Positions 1 to 8,507 are shown, numbered from the stretch's first letter. The stretch is DNA of 64,000 nt from Micropepsaceae bacterium (GCA_047602465.1 JASGHF010000002.1:48559-112558); one strand, 5' to 3'. A program made the numbers and translations. Notes: generated from the letters alone by a model not told the origin.

Positions 1-44
1 CAAAATCTACGGCCACGAATTCCAGATGCACTGACGCCGCCTTT

Positions 45-92
45 CCTCCCCCGTCATTCACGGGGGAGGTGTCGCGCAGCGACGGAGGGGGC
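45..92. repeat. Palindromic REP-like element (CCTCCCCCG...CGGGGGAGG...GGAGGGGGC family), intergenic copy
   Basis: cctcccccgtcattcacgggggaggtgtcgcgcagcgacggagggggc forms two hairpins; a close second copy lies at 4092-4138 inside ygfZ. Confidence 0.8.
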
Positions 93-105
93 ATCCAGTC
101 CGCTC

Positions 106-146
106 ATTGAACCAGAGACCTCTCCCGTGTGAAGGGAGCGCTCTCC
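106..146 (-). pseudogene. tRNA-Val(CAC) internal fragment (3' D strand, anticodon arm, variable loop, 5' half of T arm)
   Basis: Minus strand reads GGAGAGCG-CTCCC-TTCACAC-GGGAG-AGGTC-TCTGG-TTCAAT; no acceptor stem and no 3' T-stem strand. Confidence 0.7.
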
Positions 147-149
147 GGG

Positions 150-185
<36 letters not shown>

Positions 186-190
186 TACCT

Positions 191-207
191 GTCATCCTCG
201 GGGCCGC
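191..207. repeat. Truncated CGTC-type REP fragment
   Basis: gtcatcctcggggccgc is identical to the sequence at 5693-5709 in the repeat left of the GIY-YIG gene. Confidence 0.6.
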
Positions 208-315
208 GCAGCTGAACATCGCAAGACCGGGAAGGAGCCAACCAAGCCGAAAATCCTGCCTTGGCAGCACTGGTGAAATCTGGTTCTTTAAATGTTCTTG
301 TTGGAGATTCTGCTT

Positions 316-1191
316 ATGGCCGGCCGTGCGTTGTCGCCGATCTATCTGGATTCTGCGGTCGCGGATGATCTGCCTGCCGTGATTTCGCGGCGAAAACGAC
401 GGAAGTTGGTTTTCGGCTGGTATGGCGGAAAGTTCAGCCATCTCGAATGGCTGCTGCCCAAATTGCCGGAAGCCCATCACTACTGCGAGCCGTTTGCCGG
501 GTCTGCGGCCGTGTTGTTGAACCGGCCCCCTGCTCCAGTTGAAACTTATAACGATATTGACGGCGATGTTGTGAATTTCTTCCGCACGCTGCGCGATCAT
601 GGCCCCGAGCTTGAGCGGCAGATTGCGCTCACGCCATTCTCCCGTGAAGAGTACCACAAGGCGGTTACGGATTTTCCTCGCGCCGATACCAACCTCGAGC
701 GCGCGCGCCGCTTCTATATCCGCGCAAGGCAAACCCGGACTGGTTTGGCGCAGACAGCAACGCTCGGGCGCTGGGCGAATTGCAAAGACACAAGCCGGGC
801 CGGCATGTCCGGCGTTGTATCGCGTTGGCTCGGCGGCGTTGAGGCTTTGCCGGGGATCGCCGAAAGACTGATCCGCGTTCAGATAGAAAACCGCCCTGCC
901 GTCGATCTCATTCGCACATACGACAGCCCTTCGACGCTGTTTTACTGCGACCCGCCATATCTCCACGAAACGCGAGGCGATGATCGCGCTTACAGCTACG
1001 AAATGGACGAAGACCAGCATCTGGATCTGGCGGCGACGTTGCGTGCGTGCAAAGGGAAGGTCGCATTGTCGGGGTACCGCAGTCCTTTGATGGACAAGCT
1101 GTTTGCGGGCTGGAAGCGATACGACGCTCCGGTGAAGATGGCGCATTCAATCAAGAAGGCACGCCAGGAATGCCTTTGGATGAACTACTGA
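316..1191 (+). CDS. Dam-like (D12 class) N6-adenine DNA methyltransferase
   Basis: WYGGK, EPFAGSAAV (SAM binding), YNDIDGDVVNFF and DPPY catalytic motif; ATG316 preferred over ATG292 because GGAG lies just upstream. Confidence 0.92.
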   Translation: MAGRALSPIYLDSAVADDLPAVISRRKRRKLVFGWYGGKFSHLEWLLPKLPEAHHYCEPFAGSAAVLLNRPPAPVETYNDIDGDVVNFFRTLRDHGPELERQIALTPFSREEYHKAVTDFPRADTNLERARRFYIRARQTRTGLAQTATLGRWANCKDTSRAGMSGVVSRWLGGVEALPGIAERLIRVQIENRPAVDLIRTYDSPSTLFYCDPPYLHETRGDDRAYSYEMDEDQHLDLAATLRACKGKVALSGYRSPLMDKLFAGWKRYDAPVKMAHSIKKARQECLWMNY

Positions 1192-1195
1192 AAAA

Positions 1196-2281
1196 ATGAC
1201 GAGAGGCTCTCCGACAGTCCCGGATCGCGATGCCGCGCGCAAATTTCTGAACGATCTGTGGGCAAGGGTCTTGGTTGATGAAGATGCGACCGCATCGCCC
1301 GAAATCTCCGCCCTCGTTAACAGCAACCAGGTGGCCATAAGATTCTGTCTGCCTACGCAGCTGCTCGGGAAAGCGACAAATCTGAGTCTCGATGCGCTTT
1401 GCTTGCAAAAAGGCAATGGCCTCGACGGCAAATGGGACCCTCGCAGTTTCGCGAAGGCGGTGATCGTTCCATGGAACGGGAGCAATCAGAATGTTCTCGG
1501 CCCCAGCGGCGATCCCTATGTCAGCAATCCACTACGCCGCCCGCGCGTCGATTCTGGCCTGGAGCAGATGTCCGACCAGGACCAATGGGCGGCGCTTGGC
1601 GATGTTCTGACCCGCGTTCAAAGTGCAGGGACGGAGCAAGCAGCTGAAACCTGCTTGCGGCAAACGCTGGTCGCTATTCGCAACCGGCTGCGCGAGCTGA
1701 CCTTCACCTATGTCGTTCCGCCGCGTGTCAGCTTGGCGCAGGCGCTGAAACTCGTATCTGATTTCCTCAGCACAGGCAGCGGCGGAGATCGCGGCCTTTG
1801 CGTCGCAGCCGCTCTCTTTGAAACCTTCAAGACGCGGTTTCGGACATTCGCATCCATTCGCCGTGGCGTGATCAATGCGGCCGATGCCGCGACCGGCGCT
1901 GCCGGCGATCTGGAGTGCATCGCGGAAGATGGCGCGACCATCGTCCTCGCCGTGGAAGTCAAGGAGCGCAAGATCAAAGACGCTGATATCGAGGCTGCAA
2001 TCGCCAAAGCCCGGCAATACGCCGTCCGAGAACTTGTTCTGTGTACGCATGGGATCGCGCAATCCGATTCCGAAGCCGCGCATAGCCGTATCGCATCCGC
2101 TTGGGCGTCCGGGACGAACGTCTACCACCTGACGATTCAGGAACTGGTCAGCAGCGCGTTACCACTCGCTGGAGAGGCCGGGATTCATGAGTTTATTGTC
2201 GGGATCGGCGCGCAGCTCGACAGTTTCAGCACACAGCCGAAACACCGCAAGGACTGGAAGTCGCTGCTTGACGCACTCTAG
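1196..2281 (+). CDS. SacI-family type II restriction endonuclease
   Basis: 4 bp downstream of the MTase; PD-(D/E)xK-like centre AGDLEC...AVEVKER; LPTQLLGK..LDALCLQ..WDPRSF..VIVP and INAAD..AGD segments resemble recalled SacI-family sequences. Confidence 0.75.
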   Translation: MTRGSPTVPDRDAARKFLNDLWARVLVDEDATASPEISALVNSNQVAIRFCLPTQLLGKATNLSLDALCLQKGNGLDGKWDPRSFAKAVIVPWNGSNQNVLGPSGDPYVSNPLRRPRVDSGLEQMSDQDQWAALGDVLTRVQSAGTEQAAETCLRQTLVAIRNRLRELTFTYVVPPRVSLAQALKLVSDFLSTGSGGDRGLCVAAALFETFKTRFRTFASIRRGVINAADAATGAAGDLECIAEDGATIVLAVEVKERKIKDADIEAAIAKARQYAVRELVLCTHGIAQSDSEAAHSRIASAWASGTNVYHLTIQELVSSALPLAGEAGIHEFIVGIGAQLDSFSTQPKHRKDWKSLLDAL

Positions 2282-2286
2282 CCGGC

Positions 2287-3606
2287 TCAAACAAACCTGA
2301 CCGCCGCGCCCGCCGCCGGCCCCACCGCCGCGCCATCCCGCATCACCGCCCGGCCCCGCACCACCGTCATCACCGGCCAGCCGGTCGCCTCGAACCCGTC
2401 GAACTGCGTCCAGCCGCAGCGCGAGGCCATGTCCGCATTCCGGATCACCCGCTTGGCCTTCAGGTCCACCAGCGTGAAGTCCGCGTCGAAATCCGGCGCG
2501 ATCAGGCCCTTGCCCTCGATCCCATACACGAAGGCCGGCCCCGCAGACGTCAGCTGCACCATGCGCTCCAGGCTCAACCGCCCCGCCGCCACATGGCTCA
2601 GCATCATCGGCACGAAGGTCTGCACCCCCGGCATCCCCGAAGGCGTCTGCGGATAGACGCCCTCCTTCTCGCTCGGCAGGTGCGGCGCATGGTCGGTGCC
2701 GACCACGTCCACCGTCCCGTCATTCACCGCCCGCCACAGCGCATCCTGGTGCGCCTTCTCGCGGATCGGCGGGTTCATCTGCGCGAAATTCCCCAGCCGC
2801 TCGTAACAATCCGGCGCCGTCATGCTCAGGTGATTGACCGTCACCTCCACCGTCGCGATGTCCTTGTTGAAGGCATAGATCGGCATCTCGTCGGCGGTCG
2901 TCGCGTGCAGCACATGCACCTTCCGCCCCGCCGCCCGCGCCAGCTTCATCAGCCGCTCGCCCGCGATCCGCGCACAGGCCGCATCGCGCCACACCGGATG
3001 CGTCTCCACCCGGCCGGGCAGGGCCAGGGCCTTCCGCGCCTGCAACCGCTCCTCGTCCTCGGCATGAAACGCGATCCGCCGCGACCCGCTCGCCAGCGCC
3101 CGGCGCAGGCCGTCATCGTCCGCCAGCAGCAGCGAGCCGGTCGACGCCCCCATGAAGATCTTGATGCCCGCGCATCCCGGCAGCCGCTCCAGTTCCCCCA
3201 ACTGGTCCGCATTCTCCGCCGTCCCGCCGATATAGAAGGCGTAGTCGCACGCCATCCGCCCCTCGGCGCGCTTCAGCTTGTCGGCCAGCAACGCGGCGCT
3301 CACCGTGGCCGGGTTCGAGTTCGGCATCTCGAACACCGCCGTCACCCCGCCCAGAATGGCGGCGCGCGACCCGGTCTCGAAGTCTTCCTTGGCCGTCAGC
3401 CCCGGCTCGCGGAAATGCACATGCGCGTCGATCACCCCCGGCAGCACATGCAGCCCGGTGGCGTCGATCACCTCCCCGCCCTGCGCCGCCGCCAAAGTTC
3501 CAATCGCCGCGATCCGCCCGCCGCGCACGCCGATATCGGCTGACACGATCCCCTCCGGCGTCACCACCTGCCCGCCGCGGATCACGAGATCGAATGTCTT
3601 GGTCAT
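2287..3606 (-). CDS. pyrC: Dihydroorotase (amidohydrolase family)
   Basis: PGVIDAHVHFREPG, KIFMG, QMNPPIR and GTDHAPH motifs. Confidence 0.9.
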   Translation of the reverse strand: MTKTFDLVIRGGQVVTPEGIVSADIGVRGGRIAAIGTLAAAQGGEVIDATGLHVLPGVIDAHVHFREPGLTAKEDFETGSRAAILGGVTAVFEMPNSNPATVSAALLADKLKRAEGRMACDYAFYIGGTAENADQLGELERLPGCAGIKIFMGASTGSLLLADDDGLRRALASGSRRIAFHAEDEERLQARKALALPGRVETHPVWRDAACARIAGERLMKLARAAGRKVHVLHATTADEMPIYAFNKDIATVEVTVNHLSMTAPDCYERLGNFAQMNPPIREKAHQDALWRAVNDGTVDVVGTDHAPHLPSEKEGVYPQTPSGMPGVQTFVPMMLSHVAAGRLSLERMVQLTSAGPAFVYGIEGKGLIAPDFDADFTLVDLKAKRVIRNADMASRCGWTQFDGFEATGWPVMTVVRGRAVMRDGAAVGPAAGAAVRFV

Positions 3607-3665
3607 GGGCTGGTTATAGGCACCACCCCTTGCCTCTCAAAGCGCCGCGGCCCACTTAAAGACCC

Positions 3666-4571
3666 ATGCCCACCGCCCGCCTCACCGACCGCGCCGTCCT
3701 CGCCGTGATGGGCGAAACCGCCGCCGATTTCCTGCAGGGCCTCGTCACCAACGACGTGACGAAATTGAATCCCGGCTCAGGCACTTACGCGGCGTTGCTG
3801 ACTCCCCAAGGCAAGATCGTCACCGACTTCCTGGTCCACGCCGCCCCCGGCGGCTTCCACCTCGACGCCCCCGCCACACACGCCGCCGACCTCCTCAAAC
3901 GCCTGAAACTCTACCGCCTCCGCGCCCCCGTCACGCTGGAAGACCTCAGCCCCACCCACGCCGTCTTCGCCGCCTGGGGAGCTAACCCTCTTCCTCATCC
4001 TGAGGAGGGCGCGCTAGCGCCCGTCTCGAAGGACGTCCCGCCCGATCCGCGCCTCCACGCCCTCGGCGCCCGCTGGATCGCCCCAATTGATCCTCCCCCG
4101 TTCACGGGGGAGGTGCCCCCGCAGGGGGCGGAGGGGGCAGATCAGGCTCTCGCCGCCTACCACGCCCACCGCCTCGCCCTCGGCGTCCCCGACAGCGCCG
4201 ATACCGAGGGCCAATTCGCCCTCGACGCCAATCTCGAAGAACTCCACGGCCTCGACTTCAAAAAGGGCTGCTATGTGGGCCAGGAAGTCACCGCCCGCAT
4301 GAAGCACAAGGCCGCCCCCCGCCGCCGCCTCGCCCGCCTCGTCTTCGACGGCCCCGCCCCGGCTCCCGGGACACGCCTCACCGGCGCTGACGGCACGGAA
4401 GTTGGCGAACTGAAATCAGGTCATGGCCGCGAGGCGATGGCGTCCGTTCGCCTCAACCGCATCACGACAACGCCGCAACTATCCGCAGACGGCATACCCG
4501 CCACAGTCGTCCACAGCGAACTTCTGCAACCAGCGCTTGAGGCCGCTCTGTCAAAAGCGACAAACGAATAG
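3666..4571 (+). CDS. ygfZ: Folate-binding protein YgfZ (Fe-S/tRNA modification associated), carrying two in-frame repeat insertions
   Basis: FLQGLVTND, ALLTPQGK and signature KGCYVGQE. Confidence 0.92.
   Translation: MPTARLTDRAVLAVMGETAADFLQGLVTNDVTKLNPGSGTYAALLTPQGKIVTDFLVHAAPGGFHLDAPATHAADLLKRLKLYRLRAPVTLEDLSPTHAVFAAWGANPLPHPEEGALAPVSKDVPPDPRLHALGARWIAPIDPPPFTGEVPPQGAEGADQALAAYHAHRLALGVPDSADTEGQFALDANLEELHGLDFKKGCYVGQEVTARMKHKAAPRRRLARLVFDGPAPAPGTRLTGADGTEVGELKSGHGREAMASVRLNRITTTPQLSADGIPATVVHSELLQPALEAALSKATNE
3993..4033. repeat. Palindromic repeat (CTCATCCTGAGGAG...CGTCTCGAAGG type) inside ygfZ
   Basis: Hairpins cctca-tcc-tgagg and gggcgc-gcta-gcgccc; translated as PHPEEGALAPVSKD. Confidence 0.7.
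4092..4138. repeat. Palindromic REP-like element inside ygfZ
   Basis: cctcccccgttcacgggggaggtgcccccgcagggggcggagggggc matches the intergenic copy at 45-92; translated as PPPFTGEVPPQGAEG. Confidence 0.85.
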
Positions 4572-4647
4572 TCGAAAATCGACGTTCAAATCCGGGCGCC
4601 CTCAAAAAGCGACGTTCAATTCGCCTCAGCGACAAACGAATACCCGC

Positions 4648-4676
4648 TTGACAGTTCCGCTTTTGTTCCACATGCT
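4648..4676 (+). promoter_or_regulatory. Sigma70-like promoter overlapped by an alphaproteobacterial LexA (SOS) box
   Basis: TTGACA (4648-4653), 17-nt spacer, CATGCT (4671-4676); a perfect GTTC-N7-GTTC at 4654-4668 fills the spacer. Confidence 0.82.
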
Positions 4677-4700
4677 CCGCCTGCCACTGGGGAGGCTCAC

Positions 4701-5084
4701 ATGGGCTCGGTTCTGCATCACGTTTCGCTCGGCTCGAACGACATGACGAAGGCGCTCGCCTTCTATGACGCCACCATGGCGACGCTCGGCCTCAAGCGCG
4801 TTCTGGAGTTTCTCCCTCACGCCGTCGCCTATGGTGACGACCACCCGGTCTTCTGGATTCAGACGCCGCACGATGCGGGCAAGGCCAGCACCGGCAACGG
4901 CATGCATATCGGCTTCGCCGCAACCTCGAAGGATCAGGTCGAGGCGTTCCACGCTGCCGCCATCGCCCATGGCGGCCGCGACGACGGCGCCCCCGGCCCC
5001 CGGCCCGATTACGGCCATTCCTATTACGGCGCCTTCGTGCGAGACCCCGACGGCAACAAGATCGAGGCCTGCCTTCACGCATGA
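4701..5084 (+). CDS. VOC/glyoxalase family protein
   Basis: HHVSLG, MHIGFAA, YYGAFVRDPDGNKIEA. Confidence 0.88.
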   Translation: MGSVLHHVSLGSNDMTKALAFYDATMATLGLKRVLEFLPHAVAYGDDHPVFWIQTPHDAGKASTGNGMHIGFAATSKDQVEAFHAAAIAHGGRDDGAPGPRPDYGHSYYGAFVRDPDGNKIEACLHA

Positions 5085-5677
5085 CGAAAAAGCTTGAGCG
5101 CGGCGGCTGCGTCTGGCCCGGCTCCGACGCGCTCTATCTCGATTATCACGACACCGAATGGGGCGTGCCGGAGCGTGACGGCCGCGCCCTCTGGGAAAAG
5201 CTGATCCTCGACGGCTTTCAGGCCGGCCTCTCCTGGATCACCATCCTCAGGAAGCGCGAAAATTTCCGCCGCGCCTTCAAGGGCTTCGACCCTGAGAAGG
5301 TCGCCCGCATGACGGACAAGGATGTCGAACGCCTCCTGAAGGACGAAGGCATCATCCGCCATCGCGGCAAGATCGAAGGCGCCATCAAGAACGCCAAAGC
5401 GTATCTGGAGATCGAGAAGACCCATCCGGGCGGCTTCACCGCCTATTGCTGGGCGTTCGTCGACGGCAAGCCGCAGGTCAACGGCTTCACCACCATGAAG
5501 CAGGTGCCCGCCGCCACCGATCTCTCCACCGCCTTCTCCAGGGATCTCAAGAAGCGCGGCTTCACCTTCTGCGGCCCCACCATCGTCTATGCCTGGATGC
5601 AGGCCTGCGGCCTCGTCAACGATCACATGACCGATTGCTTCCGCCACAAACAGGTCGCCAAGGCCAAGAGGCCATGA
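5081..5677 (+). CDS. tag: DNA-3-methyladenine glycosylase I
   Basis: YHDTEWG, GFQAGLSWITIL, IIRHRGKI, CGPTIVYAWMQACG..NDH; ATGA overlap with the VOC gene. Confidence 0.95.
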   Translation: MTKKLERGGCVWPGSDALYLDYHDTEWGVPERDGRALWEKLILDGFQAGLSWITILRKRENFRRAFKGFDPEKVARMTDKDVERLLKDEGIIRHRGKIEGAIKNAKAYLEIEKTHPGGFTAYCWAFVDGKPQVNGFTTMKQVPAATDLSTAFSRDLKKRGFTFCGPTIVYAWMQACGLVNDHMTDCFRHKQVAKAKRP

Positions 5678-5691
5678 GGCCTACCCCCAAC

Positions 5692-5742
5692 CGTCATCCT
5701 CGGGGCCGCCGCCGAAGGCGTCGGAACCCGAGGACCCATAGC
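5692..5742. repeat. CGTC-type REP, left copy flanking the GIY-YIG gene
   Basis: cgtcatcctcggggc...gaacccgaggacccatagc hairpin. Confidence 0.85.
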
Positions 5743-5757
5743 TCGCCGTAAACGCAG

Positions 5758-6072
5758 ATGCGGCGGCACAAACAATTCGCCTTCTACATTCTCGCCAGCC
5801 GCAAGCGCGGCACGCTCTATATCGGCGTCACCAGCGATCTGGCGGATCGCATCGCGCAACATCGCGCCCACGCACTTCCAGGTTTCACCGCGACCTACCA
5901 CGTCACGCGGCTGGTCCACTACGAATGGCTCGACAGCGCGGAAAGCGCGATCAAACGCGAGAAGCAGCTGAAACACTGGTTACGCAGCTGGAAGATCGAT
6001 CTCGTTGAACAGGCTAACCCGGCGTGGCGCGATCTTTGGCCTGCCCTGATCGGCGAACGCGAAATTGCGTAG
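5758..6072 (+). CDS. Small GIY-YIG nuclease family protein
   Basis: FYILAS..GTLYIGVTSDL..RI.QH and AIKREKQLKHW.R.WK..LVE..NP.WRDL. Confidence 0.92.
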   Translation: MRRHKQFAFYILASRKRGTLYIGVTSDLADRIAQHRAHALPGFTATYHVTRLVHYEWLDSAESAIKREKQLKHWLRSWKIDLVEQANPAWRDLWPALIGEREIA

Positions 6073-6077
6073 ATCGC

Positions 6078-6124
6078 GCTATGGCTCCTCGGGTTCGATG
6101 CTGCGCATCGCCCCGAGGATGACG
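6078..6124. repeat. CGTC-type REP, right copy in inverted orientation
   Basis: Reverse complement cgtcatcctcggggc...gaacccgaggagccatagc matches the left copy. Confidence 0.85.
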
Positions 6125-6148
6125 AATGGCAGGTGCGGCGCTTACGCC

Positions 6149-6508
6149 TCACGCATACGAGACCACCTCGAACTCGATCCCGTCGCTATCGAGGAAATAG
6201 AACCGCCTGCCGGGTTCGTAGCTGCCGTGATTGAACGCCGTCAGCCCCGCCGCCGTCACGCGCCGTTCGGCCTCATCCAGATCGTCCACCACGATCCCGA
6301 CATGGTTCAACCGCCCCTGCGGCGGCGCCCCGCCATTGGAATAGACCGCGAGATAATTGTCGTCCGCGCCCACATGCACCGTGTGCCCGCCGTTTTTCGC
6401 CGGCCCCTCCCAGCGGATTTTCCAGTCGAACAGCTTCACCAGCATCGCCGCGGTTTTCGCCGGCTCGCTGACCGTGATGTTCACATGCTCCAGCATCGCT
6501 TTTGTCAT
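6149..6508 (-). CDS. VOC family protein, probable SoxR target
   Basis: LEHVNITV, LNHVGIVV, RRFYFLDSDGIEFEV; ATG6508 preceded by AAGGAGG. Confidence 0.85.
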   Translation of the reverse strand: MTKAMLEHVNITVSEPAKTAAMLVKLFDWKIRWEGPAKNGGHTVHVGADDNYLAVYSNGGAPPQGRLNHVGIVVDDLDEAERRVTAAGLTAFNHGSYEPGRRFYFLDSDGIEFEVVSYA

Positions 6509-6562
6509 CGCCGCCTCCTTGCGCGCCCGGTGCGCGTCCTGCGTCGATTGCGATTTCTGCAA

Positions 6563-6580
6563 CCTCAACCTAACTTCAGG
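6563..6580. promoter_or_regulatory. SoxR operator (soxbox)
   Basis: CCTCAACCTAACTTCAGG resembles CCTCAAGTTAACTTGAGG; lies between divergent soxR and VOC genes, next to TTGACC on the minus strand. Confidence 0.8.
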
Positions 6581-6607
6581 TCAAGCACGATTTTTCCGGG
6601 GCGCGAC

Positions 6608-7081
6608 ATGCGCGCGACTGACCTCCTCACCATCGGCCAGCTCAGCCAGCGCACCGGGCTTTCGGTCTCCGCCATCCGGTTCTACGAAGAGAAGGGCCTC
6701 GTCAGCCCCGCGCGCAATGCCGGCGGCCAGCGCCGCTTCCCGCGCTCCGATATCCGCCGCCTCTCCTTCGTCGTCATCGCCCAGATGCTCGGCCTCTCCA
6801 TCGGCGACATCGAAGCCCAGCTCCGCACGCTCCCGCAGGGCCGCACCCCCACCCGTCAGGACTGGGCCGATATCTCCCGCCGCGTCCGCACGGCGATCGA
6901 CGATCGCATCGCCGCCCTCACCCGCATGCGCGACCGGCTCGATGGCTGCATCGGCTGCGGCTGCCTCTCGCTGAAGACCTGCGCGCTCTACAATCCGGAA
7001 GACCGCGCCGCGAAGGCCGGCAGCGGACCCCGATACGTACTCGGAGAACCGCCCAAATCCGCGCTTTCGCGCAAGAACTGA
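6608..7081 (+). CDS. soxR: Redox-sensitive transcriptional activator SoxR
   Basis: MerR HTH (LTIGQLSQRTG..SAIRFYE) and [2Fe-2S] motif CIGCGCLSLKTC. Confidence 0.95.
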   Translation: MRATDLLTIGQLSQRTGLSVSAIRFYEEKGLVSPARNAGGQRRFPRSDIRRLSFVVIAQMLGLSIGDIEAQLRTLPQGRTPTRQDWADISRRVRTAIDDRIAALTRMRDRLDGCIGCGCLSLKTCALYNPEDRAAKAGSGPRYVLGEPPKSALSRKN

Positions 7082-7151
7082 CGTTTCGTCAGCTTGCGGC
7101 CTCAGCCCCCATCTGGCACTTGTCCCGCCTTCCGTTTGCGTCAGGTCTCCC

Positions 7152-8504
7152 TTGAATTCGCTGAGCCCGTCCAAGGCCTTCACGGCCTCCATCGATCCCG
7201 CTGTGGCCGCCCGCCGCCGTGAGGCCGTGCTGCGCGGCGACGAGCCGCTGCGCATCCTCCTGCCAAGCTACCGCTCCGATCCGCATACCGGCGGTCAGGG
7301 CATCTATATGGACTACATGTCCCGGGCGATTCTGGAGCTTGGGCACGAGGTCGAAGTCATCTCCGGCCCGCCTTATCCGAACCTCGATAACCGCATCCTG
7401 CTCACCAAGCTGGAATCGCTCGATCTCTACGCCAAGCCCAAGAACTGGATGGGCATTCCCAGCTATCCCAAGGGCGCGCCGAAAACCTGGACCGATATCC
7501 AGGAATACATCACCCATATCTCGGGCGGCTTCGGCGAGCTGAAATCCTTCGGCGAGCGCCTCTACAAGCACATGCTCACCCGTCACCAGAACTACGACGT
7601 GGTGCATGACAACCAGACGCTCTGCTGGGGTCTCCTGAAAGTCCGCGATCTGGGCCTCCCCGTCGCCGGCACGATCCATCACCCCATCACCCGCGACCGC
7701 GACATCGCCATCGCGCATGCGAAGTCGCTAAAGCTCAAGCTGCTGATCCGCCGCTGGCACTCCTTCGTGAACATGCAGAAGAAGGTCGCCCGCCAGCTCG
7801 ATCCGGTCATCGTCGTTTCGGAATCCACCAAGCGCGACGTCGTCACCGAATTCGGCGTGAACCCCAAAAACATGCGCGTCGTGCTTCACGGCATCAACGC
7901 GCGCGACTTCCACCCGGAACCGGGCGTCGTCCGCAAGACCAACCGCATCATGTGCGTCACCAGCGCCGACGTCGCGCTTAAAGGTCTGATGTACCTGATC
8001 CACGCCTATGCGGATCTGCTGAAGACCCGCCCGGATCTCGAACTCCTCGTCGTCTCCAAGCTCCGCGAAGGCAACACCTCGCGCGCTCTGGATGAACTCG
8101 GCATCCGCGACCGCGTGAAGTTCGTCCACGGCCTCACGATTGAGGAAATGCGCCGCTACTACGCGGAAGCCACCGTCGCCGTGTCGCCGTCCGTCTATGA
8201 AGGCTTCGGCTTCCCGGCGGGCGAAGCGATGGCCTGCGGCGTCCCCGTCGTCGTCACCGAAGGCGGCTCGCTGCCCGAAGTCGCCGGCGATGCCGGTGTC
8301 ATCGTGCCGGTGCGCGACAGCGCCGCTCTCGCCCGCGCCATCGGCGATCTGCTGGATAATCCCGGCAAGCGCGTCGAGCTTGGCGCCGCCGGCTATCGCC
8401 GCATCCAGGAGAACTTCCTCTGGACCCGCGCGGCGGCTGACGCCGTCGCGGTCTACAAGGAAGCCATCGCCAAGCACTACGGCTTGCAGCACGTGCTGGG
8501 CTGA
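7152..8504 (+). CDS. GT4 glycosyltransferase, ManT-like (methylmannose polysaccharide mannosyltransferase homolog)
   Basis: SYRSDPHTGGQG, DVVHDNQ, TIHHPITRD, PSVYEGFGFPAGEAMACG (GT-B EX7E); TTG start uncertain. Confidence 0.85.
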   Translation: MNSLSPSKAFTASIDPAVAARRREAVLRGDEPLRILLPSYRSDPHTGGQGIYMDYMSRAILELGHEVEVISGPPYPNLDNRILLTKLESLDLYAKPKNWMGIPSYPKGAPKTWTDIQEYITHISGGFGELKSFGERLYKHMLTRHQNYDVVHDNQTLCWGLLKVRDLGLPVAGTIHHPITRDRDIAIAHAKSLKLKLLIRRWHSFVNMQKKVARQLDPVIVVSESTKRDVVTEFGVNPKNMRVVLHGINARDFHPEPGVVRKTNRIMCVTSADVALKGLMYLIHAYADLLKTRPDLELLVVSKLREGNTSRALDELGIRDRVKFVHGLTIEEMRRYYAEATVAVSPSVYEGFGFPAGEAMACGVPVVVTEGGSLPEVAGDAGVIVPVRDSAALARAIGDLLDNPGKRVELGAAGYRRIQENFLWTRAAADAVAVYKEAIAKHYGLQHVLG

Positions 8505-8507
8505 TCC

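Noticed and set aside
1-34. 3' end of a plus-strand gene (...KIYGHEFQMH stop)
   Set aside because: Ten codons are too few to confirm or identify.
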